The notes under the pieces: model-generated | Database searches by the model: none | What the model saw: only the letters and a program-made list of their open reading frames with translations | Told to the model about the DNA's origin: nothing | Source of the DNA: a virus | Lineage: Duplodnaviria > Caudoviricetes | IMG/VR virus record: IMGVR_UViG_3300010373_000010 | Coordinates: 1-60,780 of that record | Reading direction: 5' to 3' (one strand) | Length of the DNA stretch: 60,780 nt | Program-made: the position numbers and the translations under genes | In this document: piece after piece, positions 18,463 to 27,592 of the stretch | Layout of the letters: every line of letters begins with the position of its first letter | Position numbering within the stretch: the stretch's first letter is position 1

Positions 18463-20885
18463 ACCGTCTTCAGCTCGGTGCGAATCTCGTCATTGCTGGC
18501 GTTCGCCCACTGAGAGTGGTTCCTCCACACCCACGGTCGGAGCTGTGCCATCGACGAGCGAATCTGCTTCAGAGCTTGTGCATCTGGGATTGCCCGGATG
18601 ATGTACTCACGCACCTGCACGCCGCTGTAGGTCTTGCCAGTCTCGGACTGGAGCATCTGTCGCACGGTCTCTGTCAAGAAGACATCCTTGGCAAATGGGC
18701 CGCTCGCATTGTCTGCCCACTCCTTCAGGATCTGAACCTCGAATGCTTGCGAGCGCTGGATCATCCTGCGCTTGGCAGCGGTCAGCGGCGGGGCAGCCTG
18801 GGGGTCAAACCCTGAAAGATCCACCTGCGAGAAGTACCACCGAAGTTTCCCTGGCCCGCTGGGCGAAGTGATGAGCGCGTGAATGGCGCGAAAATACGCT
18901 GCTTTTTGTCCAAGCGTAGGAAATGATGGAGGGTTGAGGTAATAAACACCCCAACGTCGCTCATCGTCTGACGGGAGGGAGATGGCGTCTTCATAGTTAG
19001 ATGTCGCTGTTATGAACAACCTGTTAGGAATGTTGAAGGTCTTCATGCCTTTGGGGTGAACTTCCACCATCTTACCTGTGATGAGGTTCTTGAGGGAGTT
19101 AGCCGTATCATCGGAGTCCCACTTCCCATTGATATGTACCTCATCGAAATGGACGAAGTGGGTCCCATTGATATAGTCAGAAAATGTGGAACGGAGAACT
19201 TTGTTCGAGACGAGCTTGCTAACATGTACTCCGGCAAGGGCGCGCGGAATGTCATACATCACCGTTGTTTTTCCAGTCCCGAACTCTTTGCTGACCATGA
19301 CAGGCGCCGAAGCGATCTTAACATCAGGGTGCTGTACCAAGTGCCCATAACACCCCATGAGGTATTCTCCGAAAGGGCGATCCTCCTCGCGAGGGAACAG
19401 GTACTGCCACCAGAAGTGTTCGATGAGTTTAACTTCAGCGGGCGACATGGGAACGAGCTGTTCCGGCGCAAGATACTGGTTGACGTAGCTGAGGCCGTTC
19501 TCCATGTAGACGCTGGGAGCGCCAGGGTGAAACCCGAGGCTGTTGACAGCGTGAACGGTTCCATACCGGCGCATGATGGCAGTCGCATTGATGGGTATCC
19601 CATTGGCGTTGAGGGGCATGTAGCGAGTCAACATGTCGTCGATGACACGGCTCGCCATTGGCATCCTGTTGGTGATCGAGTAGAAGATCCCCTCCTGATC
19701 TCCGACCAACACGAACTCGTTGGCCAGCCAGTGGACGGCGTCGTTCAGCTCGAAGCGCGGCTTGCCGAGAGCCTTCGCTGCGTGGTCCGCGGCGAGCATC
19801 AGCTTGCTCGCAACGATGCCCTGCTGGATGGCTGGCGCCGCAGTGCTCGCTGCGTTCGGCGCGGCCGGGGAGATCAGGGTAGCGAGGGACGGCCCGGCAA
19901 CCGGCGTGACTGGATCAGCCGGCTGCATGGGAGCCCAGCCCGCCTCGGTCGCCTTCTTCACCAGGGTGGCGACGGTGATCCCGCCGCCGGGCTCGAAGCT
20001 GTCCCAGGTCTTGCGGCAGTCGGCGCGATCGACGTACCCGGGCTGCCCGCTCGACCAGTCGTGGAAGACCTCGAAGCTGGCTTCGGACTTCTTGCCCCAA
20101 TCCTGTATAGCATTGAGGATCGTGATCCACTCGTCCCGGCCGCCCATGGGTGGGAGCTGAATAAAGTCGAGCATGTCCCGGACGTCGTCTTCGGGCAGGG
20201 CGGCGAACTCGCGACGGCTGGCCAGATCGTCCTGGCCGACGAGCGCCGCGAGCTTGCCAGCGGCCGACGTGGGAACGGTCTCCACGCGCAGCGCCGAGGC
20301 CATGGCTTCGAGGCTGACGGTTTGGCCACTGTCTGACAGCACCCGGCACGGCAGCGGCTCTGATCCCTTCCTATTGAGCGTGCCAGGGCATCTGAGAATA
20401 CGCGCCGGGTCTGCGGTAGCCGTGGGATCGGCCGCGAAGTCCAGCTCCCTGCACTTCTCTTTTAAAGCCTTAGCAACAGGAAGCCATTCATCGAGAGAAG
20501 CATCCTGGTCGAGAACCCAGTAGACATGCGCTCCACGCCCCGAGTGTACGAAGATGCTTGGGGGAGGCAGACCCGTCGCCTTCACGAACGCTACGAAAGC
20601 GCGGAGCGCATTAGGAATCGTCCCAAAATCTTTGCTATCAAGGTCAAGGAACAAACATCGCTTCGCGACAGGGTCCTTCCGATTCTTACCGGCGTAGGAC
20701 CCCGTTGCGTAGAAGACGTTCACAGGAAGCTGTGACAACTTCTGAACTTGGGCTTCCAAATCCGCAACGGTCTTTATGCCGTTGAAATGCCGCTGCTCAG
20801 ATAATTTGCCGTCTGGACCGGTCACTCCCGACATCAAACAGTATGGCCCTGTTGATGGCAACACTCTTTCGTAGAAGCTACCCAT
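18459..20885 (-). CDS. Primase-helicase (AEP/RepB-like primase, PriCT-2, DUF5906/SF3-like helicase)
   Basis: FLDLD, SGRGAHVYW, RILRCPGTLNRK; RDEW..I..F..WS..Y..W.SF..ITVATL; GTGKT, FVHFDE, ITATSN, DDERRW. Confidence 0.9.
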   Translation of the reverse strand: MGSFYERVLPSTGPYCLMSGVTGPDGKLSEQRHFNGIKTVADLEAQVQKLSQLPVNVFYATGSYAGKNRKDPVAKRCLFLDLDSKDFGTIPNALRAFVAFVKATGLPPPSIFVHSGRGAHVYWVLDQDASLDEWLPVAKALKEKCRELDFAADPTATADPARILRCPGTLNRKGSEPLPCRVLSDSGQTVSLEAMASALRVETVPTSAAGKLAALVGQDDLASRREFAALPEDDVRDMLDFIQLPPMGGRDEWITILNAIQDWGKKSEASFEVFHDWSSGQPGYVDRADCRKTWDSFEPGGGITVATLVKKATEAGWAPMQPADPVTPVAGPSLATLISPAAPNAASTAAPAIQQGIVASKLMLAADHAAKALGKPRFELNDAVHWLANEFVLVGDQEGIFYSITNRMPMASRVIDDMLTRYMPLNANGIPINATAIMRRYGTVHAVNSLGFHPGAPSVYMENGLSYVNQYLAPEQLVPMSPAEVKLIEHFWWQYLFPREEDRPFGEYLMGCYGHLVQHPDVKIASAPVMVSKEFGTGKTTVMYDIPRALAGVHVSKLVSNKVLRSTFSDYINGTHFVHFDEVHINGKWDSDDTANSLKNLITGKMVEVHPKGMKTFNIPNRLFITATSNYEDAISLPSDDERRWGVYYLNPPSFPTLGQKAAYFRAIHALITSPSGPGKLRWYFSQVDLSGFDPQAAPPLTAAKRRMIQRSQAFEVQILKEWADNASGPFAKDVFLTETVRQMLQSETGKTYSGVQVREYIIRAIPDAQALKQIRSSMAQLRPWVWRNHSQWANASNDEIRTELKTV

Positions 20886-21258
20886 TTCGCCTCAGATAAT
20901 TGACCGCCCGTTGGAGACCTTCTAGCGAGTCTCCTAAAAGCCCTATGCCTGCGTTACATCGTGTACACACCCAACCGCGGAATCTTCCGTCGCCATGGGA
21001 GTGATCCAGACAAAGGGACCGTGACGCCTTTCTCCCGCAGCATTCGCAGTGTTCTGGCTTTGGCCGTGACGGGGTGACTCCCAGTGCGGCATATCGCCTG
21101 AGCTGCCTTTTGTGAGACCGGCTACGGATTCTTCGACCATTGCAGCTTACACAGTGGCGATCTGATGTAAAGCGAAGGCACCCCTTACAAACACCACAGG
21201 TCCTGCCATGATAGGTAGAAGAACCCGCAGCCACTGCCTGACTGCGGGTCATTATCAC
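20878..21258 (-). CDS. EndoVII-type HNH endonuclease 1
   Basis: CECCG..LCLDHSH..GRFRGWVCTRCNAGIGLLGDS; N-terminal TR..A..G..YHG..C..C zinc-ribbon segment. Confidence 0.9.
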   Translation of the reverse strand: MIMTRSQAVAAGSSTYHGRTCGVCKGCLRFTSDRHCVSCNGRRIRSRSHKRQLRRYAALGVTPSRPKPEHCECCGRKASRSLCLDHSHGDGRFRGWVCTRCNAGIGLLGDSLEGLQRAVNYLRRNG

Positions 21259-22610
21259 TTACCGCCCATGAAGTCCCCGAGACCAGACAGGATGTTCTCG
21301 ATCTCGCCTTCGAGCTGCCCTGGAGTGGCCGGGGCGGGCTCGGCGGCGGGAGGGGCGGCCACGGGCGCAGCCGGCGGCGCGACGGGAGCTACGGGCTTCC
21401 GGCGCTGCGCAGGGGGCTTCGCCGGGGTCGCCGGTGCAGCGGCTGCCGCGGGCGGCGGGGCGAACGGATTGCCGGCCGGTGCCGGCGGCGCTGCCTGGGG
21501 CTCATCATCCGGCTGAACGACGACCGCCGCTGGCTGAGCCTGCACGGGGGCGTGCATGACAGCCGGCGGGGGCGGCGGCGGTGCAGACGGACTGAACGGC
21601 TGGATCGCCACGGTGCCCGGGGCGGCCTGCGCGAGCGGCGTCCCATCCGGCTGGTTGAGCATCGCCTGGGGCCGCTGCGGAGCCGGCGCCGCGGGCGGCG
21701 GGGGCGGTACCGTGCTGGGGTCGATCCGCGGCGCGGGCGTGCCGGGCACCCAGTTGTGAGTCGCCACGGTGGGCGCGGCCGACGGGGCTGCGACCATGGG
21801 CTGCGGCTGGGCGAACTGCGCCGATGCCGGGATCTCCGGTGTCTTCGCCTCGTCGCTGTCGGCGAGCACGTTGGCTACGGAGTCCGACTGGAACATCTCC
21901 AGCACCTGATCCGCCTCATCGTCGTTCAGCGGACGCAGAGCCTGGAAGGTCGGCTTGGGATGGCTGACCGTGGTGTCGAATCCGATGCGGACCGCGACCG
22001 AGTTGTACGGGTACCCGCGGCCCTTCAGCGCATCGGACATCACGCTCAGATCCTTGAGCGCAGACGGCGGTACGCGGAACAACATCGCTCCGCCCATCGT
22101 CTCGTTCTTGATGTCCACCAGCGGGACGATCGCGAGCTTCTTCGTGTCACGGCATGCCTTCTGCTTCTGACCGTTGTCACCGATCTTCGAGCCGAACTGG
22201 TTCTTGGGGCACAGCGCGCAGTTGGTGTGCTGCGGGCGGGGCGCGTTCGGGGACGGCACCTTGCCATCCAGAGAGTAGCAGTCCGGCGCCTCCGTGGAAC
22301 CCTCCACGTAGTTGCCTTCGTAGAACTGCTTGTTCAGGAACGGGTTGGCCTTCACGATCACCACGTCGATGAACGACAGTGGCAGCCGCTGGCTCGGGTC
22401 CTGGGGATGGGGCATGTCGAGGATGCGCTCCTCGCCCTTGTACTTGATGCGGAACTTGCCGCCCTTGATCGATACGATGGCGTAGCTGCTGCGGATGCCG
22501 TCTCCCAGATCCATGCCGACGCCGGCCTGTACCAGCGCGCCGAACTTGTTGGAGAGAGCGGGAACGCTGCCGTTGCCGCCGAAAAGAACCATGGAATTGG
22601 AAGTGCTCAT
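21255..22610 (-). CDS. Putative ssDNA-binding/annealing protein with long Pro/Ala-rich tail
   Basis: SIKGGKFRI..PDCYSLDG..P..C..CP.N..GS..KACR core in the replication module; acidic C-terminus. Confidence 0.65.
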   Translation of the reverse strand: MSTSNSMVLFGGNGSVPALSNKFGALVQAGVGMDLGDGIRSSYAIVSIKGGKFRIKYKGEERILDMPHPQDPSQRLPLSFIDVVIVKANPFLNKQFYEGNYVEGSTEAPDCYSLDGKVPSPNAPRPQHTNCALCPKNQFGSKIGDNGQKQKACRDTKKLAIVPLVDIKNETMGGAMLFRVPPSALKDLSVMSDALKGRGYPYNSVAVRIGFDTTVSHPKPTFQALRPLNDDEADQVLEMFQSDSVANVLADSDEAKTPEIPASAQFAQPQPMVAAPSAAPTVATHNWVPGTPAPRIDPSTVPPPPPAAPAPQRPQAMLNQPDGTPLAQAAPGTVAIQPFSPSAPPPPPPAVMHAPVQAQPAAVVVQPDDEPQAAPPAPAGNPFAPPPAAAAAPATPAKPPAQRRKPVAPVAPPAAPVAAPPAAEPAPATPGQLEGEIENILSGLGDFMGGK

Positions 22611-22942
22611 AAGTGCCTCTGTAGGTAAGATTTTAACCGTTTAACCAGCTCTAGGCTGTCGCCTAGAAATCCGAGTGCCATGTTACATTGACCGCAAAGC
22701 CATCCGCGAAACTCTCCTGTGTTATGATCGTGATCTAGATTCAAGCTACGTTTGCCTGGGGGCCTTCCACACGCTTCGCACCGATCAGGACACGGACGTG
22801 TGGGGATCGGAAGATTGAGTCTGCGGTATCGGTCTCTTGCATACGTCCGTATCTGTTCACGATTGGCCGCTCGTCTTCGTCGCCCGTATTCTCGATGATA
22901 TTTTGTCCGTGTTCCCATGCTCAACTTTTCCTGATGTGACAA
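22607..22942 (-). CDS. EndoVII-type HNH endonuclease 2
   Basis: PTRPCPDRCEACG..LNLDHDH.TGEFRGWLCGQCN..LGFLGDS. Confidence 0.9.
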   Translation of the reverse strand: MSHQEKLSMGTRTKYHREYGRRRRAANREQIRTYARDRYRRLNLPIPTRPCPDRCEACGRPPGKRSLNLDHDHNTGEFRGWLCGQCNMALGFLGDSLELVKRLKSYLQRHL

Positions 22943-23304
22943 GTAATCTCGCTTGTCACTTTGAGGCCCGGCGGTATCTCACCTGTGGCCTCAATATATT
23001 CCTGGACAACGCCTTTCGATGCTCGTTTCTCCAGCATTGCGAACATGTCGTTTTCCTTCACGAATCCCTGAAACTCATCCCAGTCGCTGACTGTAACAGA
23101 TGTGTCAGTTTGAAGGAAGCACGTGCCGGAGTCAACACGCGCGTTCTTCTGTCCCTGTGACTGAAGCTGTTGCTGACACCACGATTGCAGCTTCAACAGC
23201 TTGTCGTTGATCGGGGCCATTTCCTCGGCCTGCTTCTTCTTCAGCTCGTCTCGTTGCTGCCGCAGTTGAAGGTAGGCAGCTACTACCTGATCCATCGTTG
23301 CCAT
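22921..23304 (-). CDS. Conserved replication-module coiled-coil protein (MATMDQVVAAYLQLR...)
   Basis: GAGG RBS; ..V.DWDEF..FV..LEKR.SK..V.EY..G..PPG pattern typical of genes next to this SSB type. Confidence 0.75.
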   Translation of the reverse strand: MATMDQVVAAYLQLRQQRDELKKKQAEEMAPINDKLLKLQSWCQQQLQSQGQKNARVDSGTCFLQTDTSVTVSDWDEFQGFVKENDMFAMLEKRASKGVVQEYIEATGEIPPGLKVTSEITCHIRKS

Positions 23305-23474
23305 TTGACTACGCCTCTGTTGGTTGAAAATAACGCGGCACGGGGGCCGTGGCTTTAAGCTCGGCTTGGCCAGTGACTCCCCGCACGGCGGTCTGCTCCG
23401 AGGGCGAGGAGTTGACACCCCCTAGCAAACTGACACGGTTTTTCTGTGGGGCACTCATGCCTGATCCCCCGTGT

Positions 23475-25049
23475 TTACGCGGCGAGTGCCGCACCGAACA
23501 CGCCGGTGGTTAATTCGCCTGCCTCGAAGAGATCCAGCAGCGCACCCTGTAAGGATTCTTTACGCCGCAGTCTCGTGTAAACCTGTTGCTCCGCTCGTGT
23601 TGCCGCAATGTGGACTATGAACGTGTTCTGACCCTGCCCGGATCGTGTGATCCTGGCATTGGCCTGTTGATAAAGCTCAAGTGAGTTGGTCGGGCTCGCC
23701 CAGATGATGGTATTGGCGCGAGTAAGCGTAAGACCATGAGCCATCGTGGCAGGATGAGCGACAAGAACTCTGATCTGGGGAGTTCGCTGAAAGTCGCTAA
23801 AGATCCGAGTTCGATCCGCGGCCGACACGTCGCCGTGTATAACGGCTGTGTCGTACTTCTTGGATAGGACAGCGCCAAGTAGCTCCACAAAATACCGGAA
23901 GGGAGCGAAGACGATGACCTTGCCACTGGCTGCCTCTATGGTCTGGAAAATCTCGCGTATCCGATCGACACCGCCGATGTACCGGCCGATGCCGTCGGCA
24001 TCATAAGCGAAGCCCGCGCTGATCTGCAAGAGCTTCGAGAGCTTTACCCCCTCGTTCGCCGCCGTGATTTCGTGGTTGCGGATCTGCGTGGCGAGGTCGG
24101 TGGCCATTTCTTTGTAGGCCGCCGCGGCTTCTTTGCTGAGCCCGCAGGAGAGCGTCGTGTACGTGGTCGGGGGGAGGTCGAGGCACTGCTCGCGGGTGAA
24201 TCGCACGGCGGGCTGCATGGCTGCGTGGACAACGCTGATGGCCTCGGGTCGCTCGATCCATCGGAAGGTTCCGACCTGCCGCATGGTTCGATCTTTGAAG
24301 GCTTTGAAGGAGAATCCGACAGACTCAGGAGTAAGGAGCTTCGCTTGCCCATATGCGTCAGTTGGTGCATTAGGTGTTGGACTTCCTGTAAGTCCCCAAG
24401 CAAACTCACTACGCTTAATAATTGGTGCCAAGTTCTTCCATCGAAGTGACCGGTTGTTGCGATAGCTCGCAAGTTCGTCAACGACGACAGCGTTGATGTC
24501 AGTGCGTCCAAAGAGTTCTCCATGGACAACTTCAACTCCGTCATGGTTGATAATATAGATGTCAGCTTCGTCACCCAATAAGCGTTTCCGCTTTCGCTTG
24601 TCGCCATACAAAACCTTTGCTTTCAGGTGCGGGAAGCACTCGAAGATTTCGTTTTCCCACACCGTTGATAGAGTGCTCAGTGGGGCGACCACGAGCAGCT
24701 TCTGGACTTCGCCCATCTGGCGGAGATAGTCGTAAGCCCACAAGACCGCTCTGGTTTTGCCAACACCCATCTCGCTAAGCACATACGCTCGTCTATGAAC
24801 ACTGCACATATCCGCCGTGATTTTCTGAGACTCAAACGGCATCCCACCGTTCCAATCATACTGATGATGAATCGGAGACGGGGCATCGAGCCCGAGATTC
24901 CGCAGCATCCTCACCACTCCCAAACTGTGCGGGAGAGCTAGGTGCCATTGACCGCCATGCTCGAACCGTTTACCCGCCGGCTGGAGGATCGCCTCCACAT
25001 CGGCCCTGTAGGGAATGACAATAGCGTTATGCGCTGGGTAGATTTTCAT
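23475..25049 (-). CDS. SNF2-like (SF2) DNA helicase
   Basis: EMGVGKT, VVAPLS, VVDELA, LTGSPTPN, HGLTLT, QANARITRSGQ. Confidence 0.92.
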   Translation of the reverse strand: MKIYPAHNAIVIPYRADVEAILQPAGKRFEHGGQWHLALPHSLGVVRMLRNLGLDAPSPIHHQYDWNGGMPFESQKITADMCSVHRRAYVLSEMGVGKTRAVLWAYDYLRQMGEVQKLLVVAPLSTLSTVWENEIFECFPHLKAKVLYGDKRKRKRLLGDEADIYIINHDGVEVVHGELFGRTDINAVVVDELASYRNNRSLRWKNLAPIIKRSEFAWGLTGSPTPNAPTDAYGQAKLLTPESVGFSFKAFKDRTMRQVGTFRWIERPEAISVVHAAMQPAVRFTREQCLDLPPTTYTTLSCGLSKEAAAAYKEMATDLATQIRNHEITAANEGVKLSKLLQISAGFAYDADGIGRYIGGVDRIREIFQTIEAASGKVIVFAPFRYFVELLGAVLSKKYDTAVIHGDVSAADRTRIFSDFQRTPQIRVLVAHPATMAHGLTLTRANTIIWASPTNSLELYQQANARITRSGQGQNTFIVHIAATRAEQQVYTRLRRKESLQGALLDLFEAGELTTGVFGAALAA

Positions 25050-25387
25050 GCGCCAGTCTCCAGATACCGAAGCGCTGCTTTCACAGACGCGGCGGTATCC
25101 CCGAGTAATCCTAGCGCAGTGTTACATCTATGGCAAAGCCAGCCACGGAATTTTCCAGTGGCATGGTCATGATCTACAGCGAGAACTCTCTTGATGCTTG
25201 GTGGCCTCCCGCAAAGTTCGCAGACATCAGGACATGGCCGAGTTGGGTCAGGAACGCCATCGGCTCTGCGCTTAGACTCTCTATTAAGCTGCTGGCTACG
25301 TGATTTATTTCGCGCACGCCATGCACGGCTGTAGGCGCGGATACGCCCAGCGTTCTTCTGCCGCCAAAGACGCCGGGCTTCGCTCAT
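25046..25387 (-). CDS. EndoVII-type HNH endonuclease 3
   Basis: PTRPCPDVCELCG..LAVDHDHATGKFRGWLCHRCNTALGLLGD. Confidence 0.9.
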   Translation of the reverse strand: MSEARRLWRQKNAGRIRAYSRAWRARNKSRSQQLNRESKRRADGVPDPTRPCPDVCELCGRPPSIKRVLAVDHDHATGKFRGWLCHRCNTALGLLGDTAASVKAALRYLETGA

Positions 25388-25992
25388 CGCAGGATCTCCG
25401 GACGGTGCAGCCCGCGGATGAACTGCCGGGCGGCGATGACTACGCGGGCTTGGCTGGCGGCGTCATCGATTGGGTTGTGGGCCACGTAAACGCCGCGGTC
25501 GTATTCCGGATCGTAACCCAAGGCCCGAGCCTCGTTGACCAGCGTTCGATACGAACGGGGTTGTCGGTAGCTGACCGGGAAATCGCCCACGTGAAGCGAT
25601 GAAGATCCGCGCACCATCGCAGCGGCGTTGATACGATGCCACCAGTTCTCCGCGATCGTGTGGTCAAAGTGAGGATCATTGGACCATACCTCGTTGGAGC
25701 TGTCCTTGCCAGTCTCGATGCCGTACATCGCGAGCATCGACTTGAAGTTCATCGCGGCAACAGCGTTGGTGATCTGACCTTGCCAGGAGAACTCGCGAGC
25801 TGCTGGCTCTTGCTCCATCCACCACTTGACTGTCTTCCAATCGACGTGGCCGCCTACGTCGTCATCGAGCTTGATTGCCCAGCCGTCGGTAGCGAGCACC
25901 GAGGTCTCGTTGAAGATCGCCACTCCCAGGCTCAGCACCTTCGCGTCGCTCCGTGTGCTCAAGGTCTCCAGATCCAACATTGCGTGATTCAC
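25384..25992 (-). CDS. DEDDh 3'-5' exonuclease (Rv2179c/DUF5051-like)
   Basis: MLDLETLST, TVKWWMEQ, VWSN..FD, HNPIDDA..QA. Confidence 0.85.
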   Translation of the reverse strand: MNHAMLDLETLSTRSDAKVLSLGVAIFNETSVLATDGWAIKLDDDVGGHVDWKTVKWWMEQEPAAREFSWQGQITNAVAAMNFKSMLAMYGIETGKDSSNEVWSNDPHFDHTIAENWWHRINAAAMVRGSSSLHVGDFPVSYRQPRSYRTLVNEARALGYDPEYDRGVYVAHNPIDDAASQARVVIAARQFIRGLHRPEILR

Positions 25993-26338
25993 TTTTCATC
26001 TCCTGGATTTTGAACTCTGTGATAACAGCCGGACTCAAGCAGCGGGACGTCGGCGCCTTCAGCCAACCTCGCAGGCATGCAAAGTCCAGGCCATCCTTTC
26101 CGTCGATCAGAAAGACGCTTCCGCCTGCCGCGTGTACGTCCCGCATCGTGCGGACCTGACGGGGCGTTGGGTGTTTGCCCAGCGCCTTCGTCTCGATCGT
26201 CGCATACTGACCCTGATGACATACATGGAAATCAAGAGCGGGCTCGCCCATGCCGTTTTGAACGGGCATGTGCTTGTACGCGCCGTGCTCTTTGAGGAGC
26301 GCCTTGACGGCGTCTTTTACTCGGCCTTCGGGTGTCAT
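25862..26338 (-). CDS. VRR-NUC domain nuclease (Holliday junction resolvase-like)
   Basis: MTPEGRVK..MPVQNGMG..LDF..C..G..IETKA.GK.PTPRQ..AAGG. Confidence 0.85.
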   Translation of the reverse strand: MTPEGRVKDAVKALLKEHGAYKHMPVQNGMGEPALDFHVCHQGQYATIETKALGKHPTPRQVRTMRDVHAAGGSVFLIDGKDGLDFACLRGWLKAPTSRCLSPAVITEFKIQEMKSESRNVGSGDLEHTERREGAEPGSGDLQRDLGARYRRLGNQAR

Positions 26339-26771
26339 GGATAGTGTACTGGTGTGGGTTGTGGGATTTGAACAGCGCCTTCAGAAAGGCCACATTGACC
26401 GTTTGGCCGTCAATGAGCCGAGCCATCGCATCGGGATCGGGTACCGGCGGCCGGTCGTCGTTGAGCTTCCCATAAACCTCGGCGTCGAGGATGATGGCAA
26501 TACACGCGAGTGCATTTGCCAGATGGTGGACGCGTGTCTGTGGGTCTCGATCCTGACCATTCCACCATTTGGCAAGGTGACGTTTGAGAGCAGCGTGGTA
26601 GATCGAGGCACGGACACCAGCGACGCGCCAGTTATACCGGCCATACTTCAATGCTCCTTCGAGGAAGGCGTTGGAAATATAGGCGATCAGGCTGTCGGGT
26701 ACGAGCCCCAGATCGATCTTCGTGGACCCGACGATGTCTTTTGGATTCGACGGCTTCATTCCCTTCCTCAT
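26232..26771 (-). CDS. dATP/dGTP diphosphohydrolase-like protein (DUF5664)
   Basis: NPKD..G..K..L.LVP..GALKYGRYNWR..Y..A..RHL..WW.G.D.DP....HL..A.AC. Confidence 0.85.
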   Translation of the reverse strand: MRKGMKPSNPKDIVGSTKIDLGLVPDSLIAYISNAFLEGALKYGRYNWRVAGVRASIYHAALKRHLAKWWNGQDRDPQTRVHHLANALACIAIILDAEVYGKLNDDRPPVPDPDAMARLIDGQTVNVAFLKALFKSHNPHQYTIHDTRRPSKRRRQGAPQRARRVQAHARSKRHGRARS

Positions 26772-27232
26772 GACGCCACCGCCTGCTGCGTGTAAACGTC
26801 AGCCCACTTCGCATCGCCGATACCGTCAAATATCTTACGCGCGACACTCTCGCGTTCCAATCGGATGACTGACCCGTCGGTCTCGTATTGGAAAAAGCTA
26901 AAGTTCTTTTGGAGTAAACCTACAAAGGCTTCTAGGCGGGCTCCGCGGGATCTCCACCAGTCCTGGAGGAATACAATCCCCTGCACTTTGTCCGCGATGA
27001 GCTTGACGTCACGAGCCAAGAAGTCGGCCCAGGTTTTGCCACCCATGTGGTCGCGGTTGTTGGGATCTCCATCGGGCGACGACATCGCCGCGCCCTTGTC
27101 TTCCTGGTCGTCCAGCTCGGCTGGTGACACGACGTCCCACCCGCGCTCGCGCAGCTCGGCTGCGACTTTGTAGAACAGAGGAAAGTTGAACTGCGGGATG
27201 TTGCTCATCGGCCCCGCTAGATAGACGCGCAT
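26768..27232 (-). CDS. DUF4406/nucleoside 2-deoxyribosyltransferase-like protein
   Basis: VYLAGPMS.IP.FNFP.F..A..LR..G..V.SPAE..W..SRGARLE. Confidence 0.85.
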   Translation of the reverse strand: MRVYLAGPMSNIPQFNFPLFYKVAAELRERGWDVVSPAELDDQEDKGAAMSSPDGDPNNRDHMGGKTWADFLARDVKLIADKVQGIVFLQDWWRSRGARLEAFVGLLQKNFSFFQYETDGSVIRLERESVARKIFDGIGDAKWADVYTQQAVAS

Positions 27233-27483
27233 GTATAGACCTCACCGTTTTGCTGGATCTTCTTGTCTTCGTATGGAGCCGCGATCCGGCGGTACAACTC
27301 CAACTTAGCGCACTCGATTGCGCCGATCACGTCATTGATCTTGTCGTACTTGAGCCCATTGCGCTTCAAATACTCGTCACAGATTTTTGTCAGGACGTAG
27401 TTCAGCTCACCGGGATTCGTTGGGAAGATGTCAAGCGACGGGTCTTCGTATGCCTTTCGCAAAGCGGGCGTGATGTAGGGCAT
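27217..27483 (-). CDS. Conserved phage protein (MPYI...PGELNY family)
   Basis: MPYI..PGELNY..Y..IND..GA.ECAKLE.YRR.AAPYED.KI..NG.VY. Confidence 0.8.
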   Translation of the reverse strand: MPYITPALRKAYEDPSLDIFPTNPGELNYVLTKICDEYLKRNGLKYDKINDVIGAIECAKLELYRRIAAPYEDKKIQQNGEVYTCASI

Positions 27484-27484
27484 T

Positions 27485-27589
27485 TTACGATCCTTTCAGA
27501 ATAGCGATAGTTGAGAGCAGCGTTCCAATAAACAGAAAGATGCTACCGATCATGAATGCGATATTGGCAACAAGGTAGAGACGCCCCAC
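27485..27589 (-). CDS. Small single-TM protein (MGRLYLVANIAFMIGSIFLFIGTLL..., 34 aa)
   Basis: GTG..TAA ORF fills the gap exactly and is hydrophobic; below the ORF-track cutoff. Confidence 0.55.
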   Translation of the reverse strand: MGRLYLVANIAFMIGSIFLFIGTLLSTIAILKGS

Positions 27590-27592
27590 GAC

